Shown piece after piece: positions 9,271 to 18,579 of a stretch of DNA of 64,000 nucleotides. The stretch is from a virus (lineage: Duplodnaviria; Caudoviricetes). The first letter of the stretch is position 1; each line of letters opens with the position of its first letter. The translations under genes were made by a program, and so were the position numbers. The notes beneath the pieces are model-generated. The model was not told the DNA's origin and did not search any database. It saw nothing but the letters and a program-made list of their open reading frames with translations. The stretch is taken from the IMG/VR virus record IMGVR_UViG_2862173500_000001, positions 1,235 through 65,234 of that record. One strand, 5' to 3'.

Positions 9271-9623
9271 AGCCCGGCGAGTTCACTGAGGAATCCAAAG
9301 CACTGATGGCTCAACGCTCCCGAGGTGAGTGTGAGGTGGCGTGGCCGAACGTGTGCATGGACACCGTGGAGACTTTCCACCATCGTCGACCCCGAGGTCG
9401 CGGGGGTAGCAAGCTTCCGTCGACGAGTCGTGTTTCCAACGGGCTGTCGATATGCCGCGGCTGCCACTCCTTCATTGAGACGCGTGAGCGTGGTAGGGCT
9501 ATCGAGTTGGGGTTCATCGTGTCCCAATGGGCCGAGCCAGCGAACGTGAAGGTGTTCTACCGCCACGAGTACTGGGTGCTACTAGCCGATGACGGTTCGA
9601 TTGTTGAGGACGTGGCGGCATGA
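9267..9623 (+). CDS. HNH endonuclease
   Basis: RSRGECE...C...HHRRPRGRGG...N...CRGCH. Confidence 0.85.
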   Translation: MKPGEFTEESKALMAQRSRGECEVAWPNVCMDTVETFHHRRPRGRGGSKLPSTSRVSNGLSICRGCHSFIETRERGRAIELGFIVSQWAEPANVKVFYRHEYWVLLADDGSIVEDVAA

Positions 9624-9775
9624 AGGGCCAACCGATCAACTATGAAGCCTTCAGTCAAGAGGTGGAGCATTTCCGCGGCTACAACAAGTCGGACGAGACG
9701 ATTGCCCACGATCTCCACATGTCGATGGATGCGTTCTATAAGCGTCTCAAGAGGGCTAAGGAGCACACAGCGTGA
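9620..9775 (+). CDS. Small HTH-like protein
   Basis: Manual translation: SDETIAHDLHMSMDAFYKRLKRA. Confidence 0.6.
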   Translation: MKGQPINYEAFSQEVEHFRGYNKSDETIAHDLHMSMDAFYKRLKRAKEHTA

Positions 9776-10335
9776 AGTGTCCAGTGTGTAAGAGGTACGC
9801 CGACGTAACCCTGTCAGGGAATGTGATGTGGCACAAGGACGGTATCGGTAAACGCTGCGAAATGGTCGGGCATCCGTACCCGGTTGAGTCACAGAGGGTG
9901 GAGGCGGCATGACCTTTCCACACCCACCCTTCGCTCCACAGGTGTGTACCTGCAAGCACTTCCGGTACCAGCACGACTCCCGGGGTGTAGATAGCCAGTG
10001 TTACGCAATGGAAGACGGGTTCTGCGACTGCACTGAGTATCGGGAACTACCAAAGGATGCGGCATGAGCGGCGAGTGTCGGGAGTGTGGGCGCGATGTCG
10101 ATGAGGACGGCGTGACCGTCTATGACTGCCCTGTTGGTAAGTCCGACTGTGATGCCTGCTCGGCGTGCAGCTGTGATGGGGCGTGCTGATGAGCGACATG
10201 TGTACCTGCTCGCACGAATTGGATGAGCACCGTCCCCATTTCGGTCAGTGCCTATCTGAAACCCCACTGGATTCACGGTGGATGTTCTGTGGCTGTAGAG
10301 GATTCGAACGGCAAGTAGAGGGAGGCAACGGATGA
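9772..10335 (+). other. Four tiny Cys/His-rich coupled ORFs (9772-9912, 9909-10067, 10064-10189, 10189-10335)
   Basis: Manual translation. Each overlaps the next by ATGA or TGATG; CxxC and CxCxH motifs. Confidence 0.65.
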
Positions 10336-10586
10336 GCGCACCAAATTGGGATAACAACCAGGTTCTCACTTGGTCAGGGAAGTGGCATATCGCAATCACC
10401 GGCGGCACTGAACACTTCGCGCACAAGGACTATATGCCCACACTATGTGGAGTGTACGGCTACAAGCGAGAGCATGTCCCGAAGTATGTCGCCCGTCTCC
10501 AGAGTATCGCTACAGGGATGAAGCAAGCGCCTCTCTGTAAGAAGTGCGAGCGGTCCAACGTGGCCTCGCAAGGGGACGGCCAATGA
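10332..10586 (+). CDS. Hypothetical protein (H...LCG...CKKC)
   Basis: SD GGAGG; coupled. Confidence 0.7.
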   Translation: MSAPNWDNNQVLTWSGKWHIAITGGTEHFAHKDYMPTLCGVYGYKREHVPKYVARLQSIATGMKQAPLCKKCERSNVASQGDGQ

Positions 10587-10738
10587 GCGCCAACGATCGA
10601 CTCCAGGAAGCCCGTAAGCACGCAGCCCGAGCAGTTGCGCTATCAGCCCCTACGTCTAGCTCTGCCAAGAGTTTTGAAGCTGCTATCGCTGGGGTTTGTG
10701 ACGTACTACAAGGGCTTATCGACGGAGACAAAGAATGA
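10583..10738 (+). CDS. Hypothetical protein
   Basis: Coupled ORF. Confidence 0.6.
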   Translation: MSANDRLQEARKHAARAVALSAPTSSSAKSFEAAIAGVCDVLQGLIDGDKE

Positions 10739-11106
10739 GCGCAGAAGAAGCGCTATCCGAAGCGCTGGGGCGGCTATGGACGGAGCCCGAGGATGACCGG
10801 GACGCGGCCGACTGGAAAGCACTGCCCAGCAGACTCCTTGATGCTCTCAAGGCCAACGGTTTTGCGGTCGTAGAACTGCCCATCCAACGGATCGATGCAT
10901 ATGGGGATGTTGTTGTCGGCGTGGACCTAGCTGATGACACCCCATCTGCGAAGCAGGCCAAGATACGGATCGAGGATCGCGGTTACGGCCCGGAGCTTTT
11001 CACGACCTGTGTACCTAATCCATTGCGGGCTGTAGACGGTGTCGCGTACGCCGCTTCGATCCTCTCCGCTACTGCTGCGGCTGAACGTGATTCGGAGGGG
11101 ATATGA
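10735..11106 (+). CDS. Hypothetical phage protein
   Basis: LKANGFAVVELP motif, typical of mycobacteriophage early genes. Confidence 0.75.
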   Translation: MSAEEALSEALGRLWTEPEDDRDAADWKALPSRLLDALKANGFAVVELPIQRIDAYGDVVVGVDLADDTPSAKQAKIRIEDRGYGPELFTTCVPNPLRAVDGVAYAASILSATAAAERDSEGI

Positions 11107-11288
11107 GTAGAGACCTCATCGGAACCGTCTGGGTCAGTAAGGACGGTAAACGGTCCATCGTCATTGAGGGATACGACGGCAGCATGTACTACAGCTACAC
11201 CGACCTAGACGGTAAGCGCCGTCGATACATCCAGTCGTCGGGGCTATTCCGCAAGTACATCAGGCGTGATTCGGAGGACAGAAAGTGA
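11103..11288 (+). CDS. Hypothetical protein
   Basis: Coupled ORF with SD. Confidence 0.7.
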   Translation: MSRDLIGTVWVSKDGKRSIVIEGYDGSMYYSYTDLDGKRRRYIQSSGLFRKYIRRDSEDRK

Positions 11289-11479
11289 AGATTAAGGGCT
11301 CAATCTGGAAGACCGGTACGAAAGATGGCGCCTACGTCTATTTCGAGCTATGGAACGGCGACGACACCCAGAAGGTCGTTGACGGTGACTTAACTCCCCA
11401 GCAGGCATACAACATCGGAAAGTCGATGGTGGGCAACGCTCTCAAGCTGGGCTACGAGCCCGATTCAGAGGAGCGATGA
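11285..11479 (+). CDS. Hypothetical protein
   Basis: Coupled ORF with SD. Confidence 0.7.
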   Translation: MKIKGSIWKTGTKDGAYVYFELWNGDDTQKVVDGDLTPQQAYNIGKSMVGNALKLGYEPDSEER

Positions 11480-11706
11480 CCTCTATCCCTATCCGGTACC
11501 AGACCGTAGAGGTCTACCCGGAGTCTGGAAGCTGGATCTGGCGGCTCAAGAGCGTCAGCGGATACACCGTTGATCTTTCGCGCAGCTACAGCGATGAGGC
11601 CGGTGCACTCGCTGCGGCTCGTGAGACGTTCCAACCCTCGAATACCTCTATCCGTCTTCGTGTTTGGCGTGATGGCGTTTGGGTTCCAGAAGATTGGTGG
11701 AAGTAG
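11476..11706 (+). CDS. YegP/DUF1508-like small protein
   Basis: W.WRLKS..G....S.SY......A pattern. Confidence 0.55.
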   Translation: MTSIPIRYQTVEVYPESGSWIWRLKSVSGYTVDLSRSYSDEAGALAAARETFQPSNTSIRLRVWRDGVWVPEDWWK

Positions 11707-11955
11707 ATGGACGACCTCGAGGTAGCCCCAATGACTTGGCGTAAGCGTGTGCGTCGTGCCTGGAACTGGGTAGCCCTAATCCCTGGAGGAGCGGTTGAGG
11801 CCGATAGATGGCTCACCTACGAACTCGTTATTAGTGGTCGCGACGGTTCTGATGCAACCCGGTTCGTATTGCGTCAATGTCCGAAATGCTCAGCACTCGT
11901 ACAGCCAAAGAATGAGCCTCATCACGACGCCTGGCACACGGGCGGTGTCATCTGA
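11707..11955 (+). CDS. Hypothetical protein (CPKC...H..WH)
   Basis: ORF track; abuts the previous stop codon. Confidence 0.65.
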   Translation: MDDLEVAPMTWRKRVRRAWNWVALIPGGAVEADRWLTYELVISGRDGSDATRFVLRQCPKCSALVQPKNEPHHDAWHTGGVI

Positions 11956-11973
11956 TGAGTACTCGTAGGGGCG

Positions 11974-12897
11974 GTGATTCCCATCCCTTGGTTCAACGTT
12001 GATGACGGATTCGCCAACTCTAAGCCTGTACTGCGCATCCCGAGGCGCTACAGGTGCACCGCGATCGGCCTTTGGACACTAGCTGGGTCATGGTCCGCCA
12101 AGGAACTGACGGACGGATTCATACCGGATCACGCCATTGAGGAGTTCGCATCCAATGCGTCGATTGCCGGGCATCTCGTGAGGGCGGGGCTGTGGTCGAA
12201 AGTTATCGGCGGGTGGCAGTTTGAGGGGTGGGAGAAGTGGCAGAAGACCAAGGAGCAGGTGCTCGCTTTCCGTGCGGCCGAGGCTGAGCGGAAGCGGAAC
12301 TCGAGGGCCAAGGGTAAGCCGGGGATTGAGGTAACCGATGGGTTGGGTGAAACGTACTCGGATCGTGATCGTGTTGTACCCAGATCCTCCACTTCCGCAG
12401 CGGGAGGGCTAGAAGCCGACCTAGACGACAGCTGCGGGACGGAATCACCTGGTAGGCAGCGTGTGTCCGGGGTGGACTCCGCCCGGACAGAACACGGAGT
12501 ACCGCTGGGACACCACCCGGAGTCCGGACAACCATTACCAACACCATTACCTAAACCAAAACCTTCTTTTCCTTTGGTTGATTTAGGTGGGGGGGTTACG
12601 TCAGTAGACGCGAGCCACCCCCGCCCCCAATGCCACGACCATGAAGAGAACCACGAAGGGCCCTGCCGCCCATGCAAGCTGCGGCGTGAATGGGATGAAG
12701 CTAACGCCGACTTCGTGGCAGCAGACGAGCTTGAGCGCAAGCGCGCTGCGAAAGCCGCTGCGGCGAAGGCACTCAAGGACTGCGATCTCTGCGACAGCGC
12801 CGGGTGGGTTTTGGGCCCAGACCGGGCGCCGATTGAACCGGGCGTTCTATGCACTGCCCATAACCCTGACTCAGGCAGCAAGGAGGCTGTGAGATGA
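11974..12897 (+). CDS. RepA-like replication initiator
   Basis: PWFNVDDGF..SK...AIGLW..AGSWSA.ELTDGFIP...LV.AGLW; Pro-rich linker; C-terminal Cys/His motifs. Confidence 0.8.
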   Translation: MIPIPWFNVDDGFANSKPVLRIPRRYRCTAIGLWTLAGSWSAKELTDGFIPDHAIEEFASNASIAGHLVRAGLWSKVIGGWQFEGWEKWQKTKEQVLAFRAAEAERKRNSRAKGKPGIEVTDGLGETYSDRDRVVPRSSTSAAGGLEADLDDSCGTESPGRQRVSGVDSARTEHGVPLGHHPESGQPLPTPLPKPKPSFPLVDLGGGVTSVDASHPRPQCHDHEENHEGPCRPCKLRREWDEANADFVAADELERKRAAKAAAAKALKDCDLCDSAGWVLGPDRAPIEPGVLCTAHNPDSGSKEAVR

Positions 12898-13202
12898 CAA
12901 CCCAAGCGATACAAGACATCAAAGAACTCGTAGGAGAGATGCCAGCGAGGGGATGTGAGTGGCCAGATGACGACTGTGGCGCGCAAGCGCGGTGGATCGC
13001 CGTGGTCCATGAGTGGCTCCAGGAATCGCAGAGCTGTCGCCGTGTCGTGCTCGACCTGTGTGATCAACACAAGAACGCATTGGTCGATCAAGCGGACTAC
13101 TGCGTGTCGCCACTAGCGAGGCTGTTGTTCCCCACCTGCCCCTGCTGTTACGTGGATCTGAGAAATGCAAGCAACATCGTCGGCCCGGTGATGCCGCTAT
13201 GA
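12894..13202 (+). CDS. Cys-rich hypothetical protein
   Basis: Coupled; Cys pattern similar to 13199 and 14387. Confidence 0.7.
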   Translation: MTTQAIQDIKELVGEMPARGCEWPDDDCGAQARWIAVVHEWLQESQSCRRVVLDLCDQHKNALVDQADYCVSPLARLLFPTCPCCYVDLRNASNIVGPVMPL

Positions 13203-13549
13203 CCGCCTGGTTCAAACGCACACAGCCCGAAACCGCCCCGGATGGCCCGGAACTGTCAGAACCGGGAGTGGAGACCCCTACGGCGATCTGGGGGCGTCTA
13301 GAGGCCGAGCTGCGACCGACCTGCGTGTGCGGGAAACCGGCCCAGTTGATGATTTCCATGCATCACCTCGACCACTGCGACCTAGGACCCATGGCCGTGT
13401 GTGTCTGCCAAGAGTGTGAGCACGACGTTTACCGGTTTATAGATAACACCCTGGCATGTGTTCACCGGTTCGACAGATGGGCTTGTAAAACCTGCGGTGG
13501 GCCAGTAGCGGCACCACATGACCTCATCGAAGACGTGGTGAAGCTATGA
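13199..13549 (+). CDS. Cys-rich hypothetical protein
   Basis: CVCGKPA...HC...CQEC...CKTC. Confidence 0.7.
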   Translation: MTAWFKRTQPETAPDGPELSEPGVETPTAIWGRLEAELRPTCVCGKPAQLMISMHHLDHCDLGPMAVCVCQECEHDVYRFIDNTLACVHRFDRWACKTCGGPVAAPHDLIEDVVKL

Positions 13550-13686
13550 GCAAGTGGTTAATCTTCCGAAACAGCCTTGGCTGGTGGGTAATCGTCGAGT
13601 ACACCACTAACCGGCGATGGATGATCCGCGACTGGTTCCCCTCTGGTGCTGAGGCTATCGCAGCATTCGCGGCAGGTGGAAGATGA
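13546..13686 (+). CDS. Hypothetical protein (46 aa)
   Basis: Manual translation MSKWLIFRN...FPSGAEAIAAFAAGGR; coupled. Confidence 0.65.
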   Translation: MSKWLIFRNSLGWWVIVEYTTNRRWMIRDWFPSGAEAIAAFAAGGR

Positions 13687-13946
13687 AGCTCGAAATGCCA
13701 AAGCCCAGAACGGAAGTTATCCGTGTCTCCAGTTCTGGAGGGGGGGTTACATCCCCGTATGCAAACCCGCCGTTGGCGCCGGTTTTTGTCGTGCATTTTG
13801 GGTACGCCGGACACGGTGGGAGTTTGACGCTCGATGAGTCCGAGGCCGTGGAACTCCACGCCCAGCTCTCGACATGGTTGGACGCGTTGCCTGAACGGAA
13901 ACGACAGATCGCCCAAGTAATAGGGGATGTGAGCCCCGATGAGTGA
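13683..13946 (+). CDS. Hypothetical protein
   Basis: Coupled ORF. Confidence 0.65.
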   Translation: MKLEMPKPRTEVIRVSSSGGGVTSPYANPPLAPVFVVHFGYAGHGGSLTLDESEAVELHAQLSTWLDALPERKRQIAQVIGDVSPDE

Positions 13947-14172
13947 TCCAGCAATCGATGCCGCATAACAGGCGTGGAACACGGGTGGGTGGCTAAAACC
14001 CCTTCAGGGGCGCGAAGGACGGCTAGCCGAAGCCGCTGCCCGTGAGATGGCTAAGTCGGTACAGAAGGTACTAGAGGAGTGGGACTCCAAAGGGCAGCTT
14101 CATCCGCAGGTTAATGAATTGCTGGACCAGCTAGCGGTACTGGTCTACCCAACAGAGGAGCTAGAGCGATGA
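13939..14172 (+). pseudogene. Small phage gene with a premature TAA at codon 10
   Basis: MSDPAIDAA*QAW...AAAREMAK...LVYPTEELER. The frame stays open after TAA 13966-13968 up to the ATGA coupling with the next gene. Confidence 0.7.
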
Positions 14173-14390
14173 GCGCGCTACTACTAACGGCTTACATCGC
14201 CGGTGGAGTCGCCTATGTGTCAGTGGGTTTGTTCGCGAGCCGCTGGTGGTGGTGGAACCGCGGCCAGTACATGACTGGTATCGAGTGGCCTGAAATGTTG
14301 GCGTTCCTCATCATCTGGCTGTGGCCGCTGGCTCTAACCATCAGTGGCGTGGTGCATTTCGTTGCGTGGTTCTACAAGGAGAAGAGATGA
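14169..14390 (+). CDS. Small membrane protein
   Basis: Two TM helices; WLWPL motif. Confidence 0.7.
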   Translation: MSALLLTAYIAGGVAYVSVGLFASRWWWWNRGQYMTGIEWPEMLAFLIIWLWPLALTISGVVHFVAWFYKEKR

Positions 14391-14653
14391 CCGCTATTGA
14401 GGACCTGGACTTCACCGTAGAGTGCGTCAACTGCCCCAACGAAGCCCGCTTCTACACCCAACTCCACAACTGCCAAACAGATTCCGGGACAGAAGAACTC
14501 ATACTCTGCGAGGAAGAGTTCACAAAGATGGTGCGGGAAGCTGTAGCAGCGATCCGGGATCCGCGCGGATCGGAATGCCCCCACTGCCACCTGCACTTCC
14601 ATGAGTTGGGGGATCTATTCCTTGACTTCCGGCCGCTGTGGCTGCAGTCATGA
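14387..14653 (+). CDS. Cys-rich hypothetical protein
   Basis: CVNCPNEA...HNC...LC...CPHC. Confidence 0.7.
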   Translation: MTAIEDLDFTVECVNCPNEARFYTQLHNCQTDSGTEELILCEEEFTKMVREAVAAIRDPRGSECPHCHLHFHELGDLFLDFRPLWLQS

Positions 14654-14937
14654 GCGAGCTAATCGATAGGGCCAAGCAATCCCTCTCGGACCACCTGTGG
14701 GCCAAGACGTGCCGGGTGGGGTCTCTGTATCCAGAACGGCTCATGTCCCTACTCATCGAAAAGGTAGAGCGACTAGAGGGTGAATCGGATCACTGGAAAG
14801 CGTTGTGGCAAGGGACTGTTGAGGACTCCACGAAGGTAATCCAGGAACGAGACGAAGCGCTACGTGAAGTAGAGCGGCTCCAGTGCTCCGTTGATGTCCT
14901 TCGGTACGACAACAGGATGGGACTTTCGGATGACTGA
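14650..14937 (+). CDS. Coiled-coil hypothetical protein
   Basis: LIEKVERLE...EVERL repeats. Confidence 0.7.
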   Translation: MSELIDRAKQSLSDHLWAKTCRVGSLYPERLMSLLIEKVERLEGESDHWKALWQGTVEDSTKVIQERDEALREVERLQCSVDVLRYDNRMGLSDD

Positions 14938-15118
14938 CTACCAAGACACCGGAAGCCGCGAAAAACCCAACCCGTACAGCGCTACCGGAGCGGACATGTA
15001 TGTGTGCCAAGACTGCGGTGTACCCGAGGGGCAGCCCTGTCGCTGGATCGCCAAAGACGGTGTTGGCATTGCGGGTAGTACCCGTCACTTTCCCCACGAA
15101 TCACGATGGAGGCGCTGA
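14930..15118 (+). CDS. Small zinc-finger protein
   Basis: CQDCG...G.PC...HESR. Confidence 0.7.
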   Translation: MTDYQDTGSREKPNPYSATGADMYVCQDCGVPEGQPCRWIAKDGVGIAGSTRHFPHESRWRR

Positions 15119-15417
15119 TGCGCGACAATTTACATTCCGGCCCTCGCATCATCTCCGGTGCCGCTGATGCACTCAAGCTCAAACCCGAACCGTGGACCGT
15201 GGACGCACTGTGCCCGCAGGTAGACGTTGAGGCGTTTTTTCCAGAGCAGGGTGGCAACACTAGATCAGCTAAGGCGATCTGCCACCGCTGCCCAGTGGAG
15301 CGGGAATGCCTGGCCTATGCGGTGAAGAACCGTGAGCCCTTTGGTATCTGGGGTGGAATGAGCCCGCGTCAACGGCGGGTACTGGAGCGGGATTTGCACG
15401 AGAAGGAAGCTGGCTGA
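15118..15417 (+). CDS. whiB: WhiB family transcription factor
   Basis: W...ALC.Q.D.E.FFPE.G....AK.IC..CPV..ECL.YA.......GIWGG. Confidence 0.95.
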   Translation: MRDNLHSGPRIISGAADALKLKPEPWTVDALCPQVDVEAFFPEQGGNTRSAKAICHRCPVERECLAYAVKNREPFGIWGGMSPRQRRVLERDLHEKEAG

Positions 15418-15704
15418 TGTCTGAGATAGCACAGTTCGGTGAAACCATCGGTGTCATCAGGGGTTCACATGAAAGCTGGTACGACTTCGCGGCATGTACC
15501 GCACCGGATGTGAACCCTGACTGGTGGTTTCCACGACAGGGTGCGAACCGGGATCGGGACCGAGCTAAGGCGATCTGCCACAGCTGCCCCGTCAAGTACG
15601 AATGCACCCTGAAAGCGGTTAAGGACAAAGAACAGTCGGGAATATTCGGCGAGCTTGACGTGAAGGGTAGGCGTAGATGGGACCAGGAAAAGAAGGCCGG
15701 TTAG
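15417..15704 (+). CDS. whiB: Second, divergent WhiB family protein
   Basis: AAC...WWFP...AKAICHSCPVKYEC...GIFGE (variant of GIWGG). Confidence 0.88.
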   Translation: MSEIAQFGETIGVIRGSHESWYDFAACTAPDVNPDWWFPRQGANRDRDRAKAICHSCPVKYECTLKAVKDKEQSGIFGELDVKGRRRWDQEKKAG

Positions 15705-15742
15705 ACCCCGCTGATTTGCTTGAACCGGAGGATAATTGAGGT
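15702..15742 (+). repeat. Cassette promoter element, copy 1
   Basis: TAGACCCCGC-N19-GATAAT-TGAGGT-ATG; the TAG is the whiB2 stop. Confidence 0.85.
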
Positions 15743-16222
15743 ATGAGCACGATTGAATCGGCTATGAGTAATGTTCGGCCCCGCGAAGAACGGATGTCCA
15801 GACTACAAGGCTTGACTGTGCCGGAACTCGCGGAACGGTGCGACATGATGGCATCAGTCGCGATTGTTCTAAGCGATCAACTGGCGGATATTGCCGAGTT
15901 GGTCGGTTTAGGGCGCGACGCAGAGGATCTGGCAATACCGCCCCGCGTGCGCCAGCTCGTAAGCGATCCACGCGTGGCTGAGGTATTGGCGGAATTCAGG
16001 CAGATCGAGGGCGTGGATAGCACTAGGAATGCCGCGCCAGCAGAGCGGATTAGGCGGTGCATGCGCAATCACGAGCCGATGGTCCGTGAGGATGAAGGCG
16101 GCGTTCTCACGGGCGGTGACTGTAGATGCTCTTGCGGTGGATGGTCGGGTCAGTGGTATGGAAACCCTGGGCACGCTGACCACCTCGCCCTAGCTATCGC
16201 GGATGCCTTGGGGATCAAGTGA
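15743..16222 (+). CDS. Hypothetical protein
   Basis: Follows element copy 1; C-terminal CSCG...H..H. Confidence 0.75.
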   Translation: MSTIESAMSNVRPREERMSRLQGLTVPELAERCDMMASVAIVLSDQLADIAELVGLGRDAEDLAIPPRVRQLVSDPRVAEVLAEFRQIEGVDSTRNAAPAERIRRCMRNHEPMVREDEGGVLTGGDCRCSCGGWSGQWYGNPGHADHLALAIADALGIK

Positions 16223-16359
16223 TGTGCGAGCACCCAAACGCCACTCGGTTCCTAAGCGAGAGAAGCGCCCATTTAGGCAAGTGGAAATGCCGCGACTGCG
16301 GAGCGATTTTCACCGAATCGGATCGGTGTGCCCCGAGGGGTGTTGGTGGCAATGAGTGA
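16222..16359 (+). CDS. Small zinc-ribbon protein
   Basis: Manual translation MCEHP...KCRDCG. Confidence 0.55.
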   Translation: MCEHPNATRFLSERSAHLGKWKCRDCGAIFTESDRCAPRGVGGNE

Positions 16360-16594
16360 CTGGTACTACGCGCCCGGCATGGAATACCCATTCTGGAACG
16401 TCAGCGTTGAAAATGACTGCGCCATGAACGTTGAGGCCGACACAGATATGGGCAACTTGACGGTCGATGAGTTCATCTCATTCTTCCCCCGCGCCCGCGA
16501 GATCACCCAAGAACAGGTTCACCAGGGGCTGGAGAAGATGCGACAGATCCGGGCAGCTATCTCCACCACTTCCGACGGAGGTAGTGAGAGTTGA
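16352..16594 (+). CDS. Hypothetical protein
   Basis: Coupled ORF. Confidence 0.65.
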   Translation: MSDWYYAPGMEYPFWNVSVENDCAMNVEADTDMGNLTVDEFISFFPRAREITQEQVHQGLEKMRQIRAAISTTSDGGSES

Positions 16595-16890
16595 GTGCCG
16601 AACCGCTGCAATGGTGCGAAGATACTCGGCCCAAGTACGGCCCGCGTTGGGTGGCGCGAGTTGCCGCGGGGGATACATACACCGTTGCGCCACACCGGTA
16701 CGCCAAGGGGGAGTGGGGGTGCCATTGGTGTGAGTGCTACTACATGACACCAGTTGACATCGCTCGCGGTGGCACGCCAGACGAGGTGAAAGCCGCAGCG
16801 CAAGCCCATCATTCCGCCCATACTCGCCGTCTCACCTGGGAACGCTATATGGCAGAGAACGATCCACCGTCGAACGGAGAAGCCTTGTGA
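16591..16890 (+). CDS. Hypothetical phage protein
   Basis: LQW...KAAAQAH motif; SD GGAGGT. Confidence 0.7.
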   Translation: MSAEPLQWCEDTRPKYGPRWVARVAAGDTYTVAPHRYAKGEWGCHWCECYYMTPVDIARGGTPDEVKAAAQAHHSAHTRRLTWERYMAENDPPSNGEAL

Positions 16891-17123
16891 CTGCGAACGC
16901 ATTCCGCCCAGACGATGGGGTGCGGGCCACCATCCTGATAGATGGCAAGCCGCGAGAGTTCCACCTCTACCTGCCACCGGGGCCGCATGACCCCATTGGA
17001 TGGTTCGATATGGACGACTTCGGCCGCGGGATCCTATGCCGCTGCGGCGAGAGCTTTTTCAGTGATATCGGAGCACTAGCCGGGACAATTCATAACGAGC
17101 ATCGCGCGAGGGAGACCGCGTGA
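16887..17123 (+). CDS. Hypothetical protein
   Basis: Coupled ORF. Confidence 0.6.
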   Translation: MTANAFRPDDGVRATILIDGKPREFHLYLPPGPHDPIGWFDMDDFGRGILCRCGESFFSDIGALAGTIHNEHRARETA

Positions 17124-17797
17124 GCGTCGCCGACAGCTTCTATCTCCCAAAGTCAGAGCAGCTCAAGCTCCGTGACGAGTTGGCCAGCATCCCCCGCATG
17201 ATCGGGGAGCTGTCCATCACCCTCACAAGACAGGCGCGGGTGCAGCGGCCGGGGCTGAGTATGTCCCGCAGACCCAAACCCGAGTCTCAGGTCCCCATTC
17301 ACCTTGGGGCGCATAACGCAGCCGACAAGCTGCACAACTGCCTGGGTACGTGGGTGAGGTTGGTGTGTGAGCAGCGGGCGATCTTATGGGACAAGGGCAA
17401 CGACATCATCACCCTGGCCAAGTGGTTGAGAATCAACATGACCGCACTAGCCCTCACTGAGGGTGGCGAGGAAGCCTACGACGACATCAAAGCCGCCATA
17501 GATGAGTGCTGGCGGGAGATCGACATACCCGCCGACGACGACATCGTGATCGACCGCGGACGAGTCCACGAAGCTAACCGGGTCATCGTCACAGCGGGCC
17601 AAGTGGAGAAGCTGGCCAACAAGATGGGCGCTATCGGCAAGGGACTGAACAAAAAGCGGGTGGAGACACTGGCTGCGCGTCGCAAGAATCCGTTGAGACC
17701 CTGTGCGGTGGATGGCGAAACCAAGTTCTTCCGGTTAGGGGATGTGCTGGATGCCCACCACCGTAAGGAATCAGATCAAGACAAGAAGGCGGGATGA
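17120..17797 (+). CDS. Phage protein with a C-terminal wHTH-like DNA-binding domain; possible late regulator
   Basis: L.ITLTRQAR, L.TWVRLVCE, FRLGDVLD; near the end of the early operon. Confidence 0.65.
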   Translation: MSVADSFYLPKSEQLKLRDELASIPRMIGELSITLTRQARVQRPGLSMSRRPKPESQVPIHLGAHNAADKLHNCLGTWVRLVCEQRAILWDKGNDIITLAKWLRINMTALALTEGGEEAYDDIKAAIDECWREIDIPADDDIVIDRGRVHEANRVIVTAGQVEKLANKMGAIGKGLNKKRVETLAARRKNPLRPCAVDGETKFFRLGDVLDAHHRKESDQDKKAG

Positions 17798-18579
17798 TGA
17801 GCACAGAGGCCAAGCACGGCACTCGGCGCCATCAGGAGATCGCGGACAACAACACGATCCTTCGCGGCCAAGTCGGTTCCGGGCTACATGGTGTCACAAC
17901 AGGTGCCGATGATCGCGATGAGATGGGCATCTGCGTGGAACCGCCCGAGGCGGTCATTGGGTTAGAGAAGTTCGAACAGTACATATTCCGCACCCAGCCC
18001 GATGGTGTTCGGTCCGGTGCTGGTGACCTGGACTTGATTGTGTACTCACTGCGAAAGTGGACAAAGCTGGCGGCCGACGGTAACCCGTCAGTGCTGCTGA
18101 TGTTATGGATACCCGACGTGGAGCTCGTGGCAAAAACAGAGATGGGCGCCGAGTTGCAGGCGTCATCTGACCTGTTTGTGACTAAGCAGGCTGGCCGAAA
18201 GTTCCTCGGATACCTGAACTCTCAACGTGAAGGCTTGGAGGGTACCCACAATAGGCACACCAACCGTCCTGAACTGATCGCAAAGTATGGATTCGACACC
18301 AAGTACGCCTATCATGCGCTGCGCCTAGGTATTCAGGGTATTGAGCTGATGACCCAAGGATCAGTACCTCTACCGATGACGGACTCTAATCGGCGGGAGC
18401 TGCTAAAGGTTCGCAAGGGTGAGGTAACCCTAGACGTGGTGAAGGATCAGCTGAATGAGATCACCACCGATCTGGAATCCGTGATAGCCGGTTCAGGCTG
18501 GCCCGACACCCCGGATTGGGGCCGAATCAATCGGTGGTTGGTGGACAGATATGAGCAGCACTGGTCGAGTGGTCGCTAA
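17794..18579 (+). CDS. Nucleotidyltransferase, DNA pol beta superfamily (YcgL/RlaP-like)
   Basis: GS.LHG.....DDRDEMG, GNP.VL, GY...Q, KYGFDTKYAYHALRL. Confidence 0.88.
   Translation: MMSTEAKHGTRRHQEIADNNTILRGQVGSGLHGVTTGADDRDEMGICVEPPEAVIGLEKFEQYIFRTQPDGVRSGAGDLDLIVYSLRKWTKLAADGNPSVLLMLWIPDVELVAKTEMGAELQASSDLFVTKQAGRKFLGYLNSQREGLEGTHNRHTNRPELIAKYGFDTKYAYHALRLGIQGIELMTQGSVPLPMTDSNRRELLKVRKGEVTLDVVKDQLNEITTDLESVIAGSGWPDTPDWGRINRWLVDRYEQHWSSGR

Noticed and set aside
12531-12563. Replication origin iterons (ACCATTACC x2)
   Set aside because: Only two short copies, and they are explained by the Pro-rich linker coding.
12129-13091. 320-aa minus-strand ORF
   Set aside because: Antisense shadow of the replication gene and its neighbour in GC-rich DNA; no motifs.
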